Assembly (NCBI RefSeq): GCF_009914755.1 | Contig: NC_060928.1 | Strand: one strand, 5' to 3' | Length of the DNA stretch: 64,000 bases | From: the human T2T-CHM13v2.0 reference genome, Homo sapiens | Shown here: positions 27,978 through 40,775 of the stretch, in pieces | How the letters are laid out: each line of letters opens with the position of its first letter | Position numbering within the stretch: position 1 is the first letter of the stretch | Notes under the pieces: generated by a model | Databases searched by the model: none | What the model saw: the letters and a program-made list of their open reading frames with translations, nothing else | What the model was told of the DNA's origin: nothing | Translations under genes and position numbers: made by a program

Positions 27978-30900
27978 AGCAAACAAAAAAATCAACAATT
28001 ATTATTTCAAGAAAAACTAAACATTGTCAATGAAAAAAATTAATCATACTATGCTACATTGTTCAACAATGAGTAGCCTTTATAGTTATACTATAAAACA
28101 AAATTACAGATATCTAAATATTTTATGTAACTATTTTAAAAGGATAATAGGAATTGTGTCTAGAAGGGAAGGAGGGAACAGTGGTTAAAATGAATAAATA
28201 TGATCTTCCATGGTGGTACATCAATAGCTAATCCGTAACGCTGAAAAGTTAAAAAAAAATCAGTATAAAAACAATAAGACATACAAAACAAATGCTAAAG
28301 TAACTACAAAAGAGTTGAAAGTGGCTGCCTCTTATGAAGAGGTTGGAGGGAAGAAATGTCACTTTTTTTAAAATAAGCTATGTACTACTTTCTGACATTT
28401 AAACTATGTGCTTTTATAACAATCAAAAAAAATGAATTCTGAAAGTTCAGTGTGAACACACGATTTCTTTGCCTTGTATTTATCAAAGTATGAACTGACT
28501 AGGACTCACAGTAACATTATTTAAGGTCCTCTGCAATAAAATGGTGTCCTGAAAAAAAAAAAAGAAAATCGAGGTTTATTGAGCATCAATTAAGAGTGAG
28601 GCCCAAAGTTACCTACTTTTCCAAATGATTTCACAGAGATAGTCTTGACCTCACACATTTATGTGAAAAATGGAGGTTCTAAGAAGTTGAGTCACACAGC
28701 AAATGAATGATGTCTGTCTGATTCCAAACCCTATTCATTTCTCTGCAGCTAGGATGGCTGAAAGGAATTAACCAGGTAATTTTATGGAGAATGAAACTTT
28801 TTTCGTCCTCAAACTACAAAAATATTAAAGCTTTTTATTTCCTTGGCACAATGTTTACAAGTAGCTAGTGCTTTGAGAAATGCCCAGCTAATTTGCAGAT
28901 TAAAAAGAAAACATACTTTTTATCAAGGATTTCGGATTCACTTTTAAGATCAACAAGGTGACTGACATATAACACCCTAGTCAAACATGGACTTGCCAAC
29001 TTTCTGCAACACCTGCCTTCACCGCAGCCCCAAGAAAGCATACCAAGAGACCCAAGGCACTCAAACACTTGCGTAGCCAGGTGGGGAACTGTTCCAGTAA
29101 AGGAGCCTTGGAGACTGGATGGTGACATGGAAACCAGTCACTGACAAAGGCACAAACAGCATAAGCTCTGAACTCCTCCCAGGTCTTGGGCTATTGGCTT
29201 CTGGGAGCTCTGACTGCCAGTCGTTGTCTGAGCTCTGACCTTTCCTTTGTATTTGATTATTGGCTTTTTCACTTTCCCTAGTTACCTGTTCTCTGAACAT
29301 GCTTTTCACTGGCAGTTTCTCTCTCCTGGTCCTAGAACCCAACTGTCCATCTTCAATAAAATAACTCCAACCTCCACCTGCTCACTATCTCAACCCTCAA
29401 GTACATCTAGATATCACCTCTATGAGTACCTTTCCCTGTAGACAGAAGAGCATTTTACCTAAAAATGCCAGTTAAAATCTTATCCGTTTTGCAAAGGGCA
29501 ATTCAACTGCTACCCTCTCCTTCCAGGAAGGTCTTTGAAGAAATGCTTTCTCAACCCTTGGTAACCTCAGGACTCTGTATTCTGCAGACCTTTTTGCTCC
29601 AATTATTATACTTTTGTCTTTGGGTTTTATCACTATTCACATATATATTTCTTTTCTGCACTAAATGGAAGCTACAAAAAGACAAGTAACACATCTTGCT
29701 CATCTGTGTCCTCCTCCACCTCCAAGTGCTGACTTAACCTCACATGATCAACTTTTAGCTGTCTCAGGCTCACACTGCCACATCAGTCCTTCTCATGGCC
29801 AAAAAAAAAGTTAAATTTAAAAAAAGAGGAATTTCCCCAAGTAAGAAAGTCCTAAAACATTTCAAGTAAAATAGAAATTCTTTAATATACAGTGCAGTTT
29901 TTATAAAGATGCTCTGTGTGTTATGCTGAACGCACAAACATCCTTAGAAAATAGTAATGTAAAAATTCAAAAGGGTTTCCTTATTGCAGATATTCTTGGA
30001 GATGTTAATTTATGCATCTCCTCGAAGAGGCACAGCCATCCAACCATGTTCTCTTTTCTTTACAACAGCTTCAAACATTTCTCTTCTGAGATGCATATTT
30101 GGGAAATGCTGGAATAAATTATATCCAGTCTTTCATATTTGCATCTATGCAAATCTGCTGAAAAGCTTAAGTTTATTATTTACAGCTGCGAAAAAGTGAA
30201 GAAGATGATTTATTTTAATCCTCAAAACCCAGTGAGAGGTTTTTAAAAGCAAGTATCACTTATTAAGCTTTTCATCTGCTTTGACCTGTTTGAAATACAG
30301 CCCCCCAAATTCAACATTTTATTGTTTCTTTCACACAGTTTTTAAACCACTAGTTTTAGGGATGTTATATTTAGGTCAATCAAATATTTAAACAACTTTT
30401 CATATTTTAAACTGGAAATGTTTCAGTATTTCTTTTGTTGTATGGTGTTATGCAATTATATTCTTAACCAAATATTGGGCAATGCTCACATATTAGGCAT
30501 TGATTCAGAATTGGCATTTCCATTTCAAAAGTAAATAGACAACCATGCGAAATAAGCTCAGATTGTGAATGTGATTATTTTGCTTAATGTCATTCATTAA
30601 ACAAAAGACAGTTTCAAACACTATTTGAAAAAGTATAAACTAGAATGTGTCTGTTAGTTTTTAAATTGTATTTTGACAATTGTATTTTGATAATTTATGT
30701 GCATGTCTTTAAGGGGGAAATAATTGTTAAAAAAAAAACCCAAGAGTTCACTACCCTGTTAATGTTTATCAGTATTATCAATGGTTCCTGGAAATTTTCA
30801 CCCACAAATATGTTGTTGAGTTCAGCAGCTTGTATTACAATGTTCTTATAAATTGCTGTTTTAGAAAAATTAAAAGAAAAATATGCCTAATGCTAGGTTT

Positions 30901-31239
30901 TTCACAGATTCGTTCCACAGCAAATACTAAGCATCTACCACGTGCTAGACAATGTTCTGCTAAGGCTATCACAGCACAAGAAAAGCAATGCTGATGCCTG
31001 TCCCCACGGAGCTTGTATGAAATAAATAAATCATCTGGCCTGTAAGCCCTGTAGAAGAAAGTAATTAAGGGAGTGATGGGGTGGCAGGGGAGAGCAACAG
31101 TCGTAGTAGTAAATTTGGTGGCCAGGGCTTAAATGCAAAGGAGACATTTTAGCATGAATTTGAGAGAGGTTCAAGCCATGTTACTCTTGGGGAAAGAGCA
31201 TTTCAGGCAGAAAGAACTACAAATGCAGAGGCCCCTAAG

Positions 31240-31426
31240 GAGGACCTCTGCTTTTTATTACTTCTGTATTTTATTCGACCACAGCCTCATTCATCGGCTT
31301 ACGTATTGGCTACGTCTGCTTTTATGCTATAACTGCAGAGTTAAATACTTGCAACAGAGACCATTTGACTATAAAGCTTAAAATATTTACTACTTGACCC
31401 TTTACAGAAAAAGTTTGTTGACACCT
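31240..31426. mobile_element. MER58A, opposite orientation to the 7972 copy
   Basis: aaatatttactacttgaccctttacagaaaaagtttgttgacacctg. Confidence 0.7.
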
Positions 31427-33337
31427 GCTATATGGAGTTTGGAATCCCATCTCAATCAGCGCTATCTGCATCAAAGAGACACGCAGCCATGAGTTAAACG
31501 AAACTCAGCAACCACTGCATAAGGAAGGGGTAGGCATCACTTTGTCTACTTTAATGAACATCTTAAACCCTCACAATAGCCTACAGAGCCTAATTAGGAA
31601 AGGAAAAATTCTCGATTCTACTTCTGATTTAATGAATGCATGCCTTTTGGCCAGCTACACATATTTCTTTCAAGTCATAGCAATATAATCACGTAGAAGT
31701 GTTTTAAAATTTCTTGGTGATATACCAAGCCCCTTGGTTTATTTTCTTATATCCACTCATCTCGGTATTTTGGTTGGGGGTGGGGTGGGGGGAGCTTTAG
31801 GACAGAAAATGCAATTATTTCCCCTAAAATGGAAAAATATAAATCCAGAAAACTTACAGCATCTAACCTTAGGCAGGTTCAGAATAGAAAGAATGGAAAG
31901 TCAAAGTTCTGAAAAAGAGAGACAGAATATATTGTAACTGTCCCAGAGGTGGCCAACAATAGTGAAACTTTCTGAATGTGCCTGGAGCATAAACAGACCA
32001 ACCCTGTAAAGAGCAAGATCTCACCTGGGACGCACAGGAAACCACAGCCGCTGGGGGCTTTGTACTCAAAGTCTGTTTTTTCTTCCAGTGATACTTTAAG
32101 AGAGCACTTGGACCTCCCTAAATACTTGGATTTTATAAAAATGAAAGATTCAAGAATATTCAAGTTCACTGATTCATTCCACTAGTGTTTAGACCTGAGC
32201 ACTGATCCACATGTTCGACATCTGAATATGCACTTACCAATAATACTTAGGACTAAAAAGAACAAGCAGAGGGTTTTGTCATCATAATGTAACCAGAAAG
32301 AAGTGACACACATAGCTGATAGTAAGAAGTAATCTGCTTTGGTTTATTCAAAATCAAATTTCCTAAAAGAATGAAAATATATAAGGTATTAACATATAAT
32401 TGCTAACCATACAATTTCGGGGTGTTTTGCTATCTTTTGAAATGTTAATTCCTGCTTCTACTAGTCATCTGATGCTGCTTCTGGTAGTTTTTTTTTCCAA
32501 TTAAAATTATTTTAGATCAAACCAATCCTTTCTAGAAATGACACACATTTCAAGAGAATAGGAGTGAAAACCAGCACACTGTAGGGACTCACCACATTAG
32601 CTACTGATACATGAAAGCTTTAATCTCAAAATAATTTAATAATCCATGAAAAACATTTCAAGTAAATATTTCAAAAAGACATCTAAAAATTAGGATGCCA
32701 GTAAACAATTCTAATTAAATATAATCCTTCCCTAAAGATTTCTCAGTACTGTAAAATGCTTAAGGGACAAAAGTTTCTTTGTAAACATTTGTTGATAAAT
32801 CCAAAGAAAAGTATAATATTCACGGGACTCTGACCTTCTGTGTAACATACAAAAATCAAAATAAGATATCAATAATAGTGAAGACCTAAACCTAACAAAG
32901 ATGTACTTTTCCCTAACAACAATAAGCCTTGTATTCTCAAACAGAACACTGTTATGATATGAGCAAAAGCCAAACAGTGTGGGCTGAGTAATACTAACTC
33001 AGTCTGTCTTGTTTTTCTTTGTTACATACTGGGACACAGATTAGCACATTTTGATGCGAACTTAGAAGGTAACATTAAGAAATTAGATGTGAGGTCATAA
33101 CTTTCTATTTTAATTTGCGACTCTGGACCTTAATGCAGCATTGCATTGCACATCTCTCTCCTTATGTCTAAAGAATAGCACTGGCAAAAGTGTGCTGAAA
33201 GTCCCTAAAAATGGCATCTCTGTGTATGTGTGTGTGTGGAGGTGGAGTGGGGGAACAGCAACCCTGGAGGTTTAGAAATGAATAAACTTGAAATTTTAAA
33301 AATATGCCACTTATGAAATAAATGCATACGTACATAC

Positions 33338-33691
33338 CCTTGAGGAGAGAGTTTATCCAGCCATCCTGATTTAACCTTCTTTGCAGATGCTCCATAAAAG
33401 CAGGCATAGGGAGATATTGCCTGTGAAGAAACGGCTGATGAATCAGCATTTCCACTTGTTGAGCTTAACGGATAACTGTGCCTATTAACGGAGTCCAAAA
33501 TCAAGGCTTTTTGAGTCCTAGATTTAGATGCCTTTGAATTTTTTCTTCTTAAACTCTGAAAGCATTCTTCTACTGTTGAGTATTCTGATTCAGAAGCAGT
33601 GTCTATCAAAAAATTGTTTTTGTCCTCTCGAGGTATCCAAATATCTTCCACCTTGTCCTCGCTTATTTTCTCCTTTCTGTTATCGTATATG
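33338..33691 (-). CDS. ARAP2: ARAP2 exon 6 (354 nt, c.1134-1487): linker and first strand of PH1
   Basis: Acceptor ccgtttag|CATATAC, donor AGG|gtatgt; encodes (S)IYDNRKEK...KVKSGWLDKLSPQ(G); overlaps track ORF 33205..33651. Confidence 0.95.
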
Positions 33692-34664
33692 CTAAACGGA
33701 AAAATGATGTAAACATTTCAAAGTGCTATATGTGATTTAAGACATCAGTGACATTTTGAAAATTTATAAATAACTAATAACAGAAACATAAGGCCAGGAA
33801 AATCCTAGAGTTTCCATTAACCCTATTGAAAATTTTTTAAACTCTTCCAGAAAAGCTAAGTAAAATTATTTCATTAACCTATGACATCTGAATACTACTA
33901 CAAGTTTTTTCTTAGGTATAATTTAATCTTATCCCTTTTATTTTGGAAGGTTAGGGGCAGGTGCTAAGAATGCAGACTGGGTATATTCTTCACATCACAA
34001 TTTAAACATCTTTAATAGCACAATTAAGTGGCCAGCCCAATCCCTCTGGGCAACATGACGGACCATTAACTCATCTATATGGAGATCTTATTTCCAATTT
34101 GCTTACCCCTCTCTACTATCCTCTAATCAACTCCAAGGACCCCATGTTTCACCACAATGCAATAAAACAGAGAGTATGCCTGACTGCTGAGAGCATCAGT
34201 ATTATTTTGCAATGCTGATGAGGAAAAATATTGCAGCACACTGCTAGCTAGAAAGCAAGAAAGGGTCAGTGTACATTCAGGAAGTAAAAGCTATGTAATG
34301 CACAATATTTATTGGAATGCATTCATAATAGCTAAGCATATTTCTACAGATTCAAGGGATGACATAATAGATCAACTCATTCATTAATGCCAAAGGACAT
34401 TTTTTGCTAATCAATGAAACAGATATGCCTGGGCTCAAATTACATCTTTCTGGATATAGCATTCTAAAAACCATTACTGCCTCAAAGAATAATTTAGCCT
34501 GGCCCTTTCATATTTTGCATTATATTAGATTATGTCAAATGTTTACTAAAGATGTTTAATTGTTTAGCTTTAACTGAGGGAAACCTATAACAATGTTAGC
34601 CTTAGAAAATGAAAGACAAAAATAAAATGAATGTCCCACTAAAAAGTATAATTAAACTGTTGGC

Positions 34665-34810
34665 AATACAAAAGAGGAATGCTTTGGGGGATGAATATTC
34701 CGTTTTCCATGATGTGATTATATTATGCTTATATCAAAATATGTTATGTACCCCAGAAATATATACATCTACTATGTAATCTCAAAAATTAAAAATTAAG
34801 AAAAAGAAAA
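34665..34810 (+). mobile_element. L1MA1-3-like 3' tip
   Basis: gggggatgaatattcc...ccatgatgtgatta...tgtacccc...atatatacatctactatgta plus A tail. Confidence 0.7.
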
Positions 34811-35380
34811 TGAAGTATCAGGTAATGTGCCAGTATGCCAAGTTCCAATAAAGCTGAGAGAAAACCAAAATTGAAGTTGGTGCATACAAATTCTAACTCT
34901 GTATGTGATCCAAATAACTGGATAATTGTCATGCTTCTTGCCAGTGCTGAAACTCCAATAAAAAGAATATATTATACTTGTAAAAGTCTGCAACTTGCAT
35001 AGTGATGTTCTGCACTGCCCTTTTCTCCTTTTTATAACCTCCTTTTTATAACCTTTATGTTATGAGAGGTTATAACATAACCTCTCATCTTTAATGTGCA
35101 ATCATAGTCACCTGTATTTGCTATTGTGGGGAAGGGGTGTGGTTTCCATTAGAAAAAGACAAAAATAATCTGCCACAGAATGCAACTATTTACTTGATCT
35201 ACAGAGCATAATTCAATTAATAAAATGGGTGCTGCTATGCTTACATTTAGAGAGGAAAAAATTGAACTTATCACCATAAACTATTTTCTCTGACACACAA
35301 TATTATACTAAGAATGAGAAGTCAACATTGTATAACAGTTTATTCTAAATAGTTAATCATCATCAATCATGATCTCATAC

Positions 35381-35472
35381 CTTGATTTGATGATAAAAGA
35401 GTTTGTTGCAGTAGCTGCTTCCCCTTTGAGTGCTTCTCCCTGGGTCAAAAATTCATTCTTTATAGATCGCTT
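35381..35472 (-). CDS. ARAP2: ARAP2 exon 5 (92 nt, c.1042-1133)
   Basis: Acceptor ttttaatag|AAGCGA, donor AAG|gtatga; encodes KRSIKNEFLTQGEALKGEAATATNSFIIKS(S). Confidence 0.93.
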
Positions 35473-36228
35473 CTATTAAAAAAGCAAACAAACAAAAAAC
35501 ACATACTGTTTTGCTTTTTGGTTTGGGGATTTGTTTGTATGTGTAGCAATATTCTACAAAAATCCATAATATCTGAGTTTAGTTTTATTAAATAAGTCTA
35601 ATTACTTAGATCAATTTTCAGAAAAAAAAGATAGTCTACATTAAACAGACTTTTGATTTTTTTTTTCACTATTTTATTCAAATCGTTAACTCATCAATTC
35701 AAGTAAGAATAAAAGAAAATGGTAACCAAAAATAAAATTTATGTACTTTTACTCCTTGATTCATTTTTGTCTTCCAACTTCTCTTTTATCAAGACCAAGA
35801 AATAAAGTAGCAAAAGAGCACAAGTAATAGAAAAGAATGAGTGATAAACTAAATAATTAAAATATATACATAATTGGAAATCTATGCACTTCAGAAGTCT
35901 GCACTTGGCTACAAGGCAAAGCAAAAATCTAGAGAGTGCTTAAGTTTTATACAGTTTGTCTTTTGTTTAATTAACCCAATCTTGTGGCAAATTTTTAAAA
36001 CTCACTATCCTGGATTCCTGAAGTCATAATAAACATGTGTTCCTATAATGTATATTGAAAGAGACAGATTTTACCATAATTTTACTGAACAAAAATTTTG
36101 CTGACTGGAAATTTCAATCTTCAATATAATGCCATTCTTCAAATAGCTTGGAGAAAAATGAAGAGGTACAAATAGGCAGAAAAGCAAATAATTGATTATG
36201 GAAAACAATTAAAATGTATGGGACTAAC

Positions 36229-36305
36229 CTTGGAATTTTCTAGTCTCTGGAAGAGAAAGGTCTCTCCATAAGGAAAGATGGAAGATGAATTCTCCTCATT
36301 TGAAT
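36229..36305 (-). CDS. ARAP2: ARAP2 exon 4 (77 nt, c.965-1041)
   Basis: Acceptor cccctaaaag|ATTC, donor AAG|gttagt; encodes (N)SNEENSSSIFPYGETFLFQRLENSK. Confidence 0.92.
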
Positions 36306-37407
36306 CTTTTAGGGGAATTACAGGATGAGAACAGAAAGATGTGAATAATGTGAAATACTGTTTTTAAAAAAAGATTAAAAGCATGAGTTTTTTATGGCAT
36401 TATCACAACGTAAGCTTTATTCTGTAAGAGTCCAAATTATGCTAATTCTTATCCCCAAATCAATTCTCCCCATCGTCTTCTTGATATAACACACATGGTA
36501 TCCACCACTTGCTTCACAAACATAACTCACTGCTCCTTAAATTGCAACCTGTCACACATGTCCTTCCCAACCTCTAGGATCCACATTAACATAACCAAAT
36601 ACATTGCCCACATACAAAATAAATTGTCATGGTGCCATTTATAATGCTAATTCCTAAATAAGGAAATATTCTAAATGGCAGAAAATTAAGCTTAATTCTA
36701 TAACTTACAATAAATAATTATAAAAAGGTCACTAACATAATAGCTAGATATCACTTAAAATCCCAGAAGGCATTTAATATAATTCCTCTAATGCCATAGC
36801 TACTAATGCATCTGTAAATAAATTATTTCAAGAGCAGTTCCACCATCCTTGAATTATACTAATCTACAAAAAAAGAATTCTCAATATTTGCATTTCTACT
36901 CTGGCAAAAATTTTTCTTAAAAATTCAGTACCCAAGTGTTTGACATCTTATTGTCAAAAAGAATGTTCCCAAACTTGTATAATCAGAATTTTCAAAATGA
37001 AAGAAAAGCCTCTGTCACTGTTCAATTTGCCAGAGCAACAATGACAGCCCTTTCCAGTTACCATGGCAAAATCACTTTCCGTACATATATCTTTGTTCTG
37101 TAGCTCAAACTGCCAGAAACCATTTAATTTAGTTAAATGCCTGCAACTGTGGCTAATGATAAATGAAGCTTGTATAAAAAGAAAACTTCTTACATTAGCA
37201 TGTACAAATTTCCAGGAGTCAGAGTGTATGTTATTGCCTTTTATTCAGTCCATTTTAAAAGTGTCTGAAGTACTATGAACACTGGCAGACAGTTATTTCC
37301 ATTGTTCCCTATACCACAGGTGGGCTGCCTTCGCAATCATGATTTTAACACAGTTAAGACTATCAAATGAGCTCTAATTTAAGGAGACATTAAACACATA
37401 GACTCAC

Positions 37408-37466
37408 TTTGCCATGCCACAGATTTTTCAGTTGAGGTAGCAACATTTCTTCTTTCACGGAAATAG
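37408..37466 (-). CDS. ARAP2: ARAP2 exon 3 (59 nt, c.906-964)
   Basis: Acceptor ctttttaag|CTAT, donor AAA|gtgagt; encodes (S)YFRERRNVATSTEKSVAWQ(N). Confidence 0.92.
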
Positions 37467-38693
37467 CTTAAAAAGCAAAGGAGAAAATACTTATGAGTGA
37501 AAATATTTATGATATTTATGAGTAAAATTAAAATTATTAGAAAATATTATGAGAAAATATTTATGATTTATATTTAAGTGAAGGATTTATTAGAGAGCTA
37601 TACATTCTTTTGGGTAGAAAAAACAATATTCAGAAATTAATTCTGACTTGAAAAAAGCTGAACAGCCAAATTCCACAAATGTATTTTTGTATTTAGACTT
37701 TTAAAGGAAGAAATTTTCTTTGCAAAGGACATTTTGTACAAGTGTTTGCTACTCACATCTATAATTTACAAAAGTAAACATATTTTTCCAATGCTAATAT
37801 GCACATAAAGTAATTTCAAAACTGCTAGTCATATCTCTGAAACAGATTTACTAACTAGATGTCAGTATTTGTGTAGCTTTTTGTCTTTAGCTTTATAATA
37901 CTGAGTCAAAAATGTGTCTGGCTCTGTAGACACAATATGAAAATACACACAAGATCTTTCAAAGATCTTACAGTCTCGGAAGGAAGATATTACAGGGCAA
38001 TTATTTAGAATACAACATGATAACAGCAGTGGCAGAGGTAAACATTGTAGAAGCAGAGGGTGATGAAGGCCTTCTATCATATAACAGAGTTCTCTTTTCC
38101 ATCTAAAAAATGGAAAAATAACTTTTAAAAAGAAGAACAAAACTGGCAGATTTATACTATACAATTTCAATATTTAATCTAAAACTACAGTAATCCAATC
38201 ATTGTGCCATTGCTGAAAGTACAGACATATAAATCAACGGAATTGAATAGAAAGTCCACATATACAGTCCCACACATCTTTGGTCCATTGATTTAAGAAA
38301 AAAGTTCCGAAGAAATGCGGTGGAAAAAGAATAGCCCTTTCAACAAATGTTGCTGGAACTGGATAGCTCAATGATGAAAAGAAATGAATGTCAACTTTTG
38401 CTTCATATCATGCACAAAAATTAACTCAAAGTGGAGTTGGGACCCAAATGTTTAATGCTACAACTCTAGAAATTCTGAAAAATATGAGAGAAAAATCATT
38501 GTAACATCTGAGTAGGAAAGATTCCTTAAATAGAATAAAAAACTAAAACCCTAAAAAACATTGAAATTTAGTATTTACCAAAATTTAAAACTTATAATGT
38601 CACGTACTAGTGACAAGTGGTTTGCCCAAACCAAAAAAAGGACTCTTACAATCCAGTAATAAGAAATACAACTCAATTTTAAAATGGGTTAAC

Positions 38694-38932
38694 CTGCCAT
38701 GGTGTTCACCTCTGGTCCCAGCAACTCAGGGGGCTGAGGTGGGAGGACTGCTTGAGCCCAGGAGGCGGAGCCCTGCAGTGACCCATGATCGTGCCACTGC
38801 ACTCCAGCCAGGGCAACAAAGCAAGACTTTGTCTCAAAAAAAAACAAAAACAAAGCACACACACAAGAACAAAAAAGAACCAGCACGGGCAATATAGAGA
38901 GACCTTGTCTCTACAAAAATAAGTAATAATAA
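38694..38932 (+). mobile_element. Alu right monomer (FRAM/AluJ) followed by a left-arm/FLAM end fragment
   Basis: Right arm with A tail to about 38850, then accagcacgggcaatatagagagaccttgtctctacaaaa. Confidence 0.8.
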
Positions 38933-38947
38933 ATGCTATTTTTTTAA

Positions 38948-39262
38948 GCCTGGGCACAGTGGTTCATGCCTATTATCACAACATCTTGGGAGGCCAAGGT
39001 GGGCAGATTTCTTGAGCTCAGGAGTTTGAAACCAGCTTGGGCAACATAATGAAACCCCATCTCTACAAAAAAAAAAAAAAACAACGAAAATTAGCTGGGT
39101 GTGGTGGTGCATGCCTGTAGTCCCAGATATTTGGGAGGCTGAGGTGGGACGATTACTTCAGCCCAGGAGGTTGAGGCTGCAGTGAGTCATGACTGCATCG
39201 CTGCACTCCAGCCTGGGCAACAGAACAAGACCCTGTCTCAAAAAATAAATAAAATAAACAAA
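38948..39262 (+). mobile_element. AluJ
   Basis: Full dimer with AluJ diagnostics (gagctcaggagtttg, ggttgaggctgcagtgag). Confidence 0.92.
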
Positions 39263-39799
39263 ATGGAAAAATGCAAATAGTTGTATCACAAAATATATGA
39301 ATGTGTGATACCACCACATACACATTAGAATAGCTAAAATTAAGGCTGTCGATATCAAGTGTTGGAAAATATGTGGAATAATTAGAACATTTAAGTAATG
39401 CTGGCAGCAAATAAACAAACAAACAAATATATAAATAAATACTGCTGGCAGGAATGTGAAAGGGTGCATCCATTTTAGAAAATTGCTTGTATTTTCTTAT
39501 AAAAATAAATAGTCACCAAACTTCAAGGCCCAGCTATTAACAATCCTACCAAAAATATTGAAAACAGATGTTCACAGAAAGACCTGTATACAAATGGTCA
39601 CAGCAGATTTATTCTCAATAATCAAAAACTTGAAAAAACCCAAATAGACATCAGGAAGTAAATGATAAACAAATAGTGGTGTATGGATCCAAGAGACTAC
39701 TACCCAGCTGAAAGAAAAAAAAACTACTAAAAAAAACTAATAATCTAAATAAATCTCAAAAATCATCATGCTGAGCAAAAGAAGCAAGACATAAGAAAT

Positions 39800-39990
39800 A
39801 CTGTCATGCATGGTTTAATGACAGGGATACATCCTGAGAAATAGGTTGTTAGGCAATTTCATCATTTTGCAAACATCATGGAGTGTACTTACATAAACCT
39901 ACATGGTACAGCCTACTTCACACATAGGTTACATGGTATAGCCATTATATTCTTACAGGACCAATGTCATCATTGTGTGGTGCAGGACTG
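39800..39990 (-). mobile_element. Tigger3-derived (TcMar) internally deleted element
   Basis: ctgtcatgcatggtttaatgacagggatacatcctgagaaat...gcaggactg; reverse complement of the end of the 43236 copy. Confidence 0.75.
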
Positions 39991-40213
39991 CATATTCTAT
40001 CTTATTCTATATGAGCATGTGAAACAGGGATGGACTGTATAAGAAACTAAGAAACTCTTAGAAGTAACAGAACTGCTCTGTTTATTGTTTGTGGTAAAAA
40101 TTTCATAGGTTTACATATCTTTCACAACTCATCAAATTACATGCTTTAAAGGATTATAACTTTTTATATATATTTTTTGACCTCAAAAGGAGTTGTTTCA
40201 GAATGAATTCAGC

Positions 40214-40553
40214 AGCCAAGCATGGTGGCTCACACCTGTAATCCCAGCACTTTGGGAAACCGAGGTGGGCAGATCACCGGAGGCCAGGAGTTTGAGACCA
40301 GCCTGGCCAACATGGAGAAACCCCATATCTACTAAAAACACAAAACTTAGCTGAGCGTGGTGGCGGCACGCCAGGCACCTGTGATCCCAGATACTCGGGG
40401 TGGCTGAGGCAGGAGAATCTCTTGAACCCAGGAGGCGGAGGTTGCAGTGAGCCAAGATCACGCCACTGCACTCCAGCCTGGGTGACAGAGGGAGACAGCG
40501 TCTCAAAAATAAATAAATAAATAAAATACAAAATACAAAAATAAAAAATAAAA
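40214..40553 (+). mobile_element. Alu (AluSx-like)
   Basis: Full dimer with a small internal ggcac duplication and mixed A tail. Confidence 0.95.
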
Positions 40554-40775
40554 ATGATTTTAGCAAACTTACTAATAGGGTTGACATATAAATATCAATT
40601 CCATCCCCAAATATCAGTAAACAAAATGAAACATTAAAATGGTGCCAAATAGTATAAGGGCATTAAAAAACTACCAAAACCTAGAATTAAATCTAGCAAA
40701 AGATTTGCAAGAACTGAACTGGAAACCATTACTGAGAAAATTAGAAAAAAATCTAATTAAATTAGAAAAATATGA

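Noticed and set aside
31776-31792. G-rich run GGGGGTGGGGTGGGGGG
   Set aside because: Only three separated G tracts; not a canonical four-tract G-quadruplex.
31976-32185. Plus-strand ORF starting CLEHK, which resembles a short motif I recall from the ARAP2 C-terminus
   Set aside because: A five-residue match only, on the opposite strand, from a GTG start; consistent with chance.
33205-33337. In-frame read-through of the exon 6 donor (about 43 codons)
   Set aside because: Short, runs through a (CA)n tract, and length is compatible with chance.
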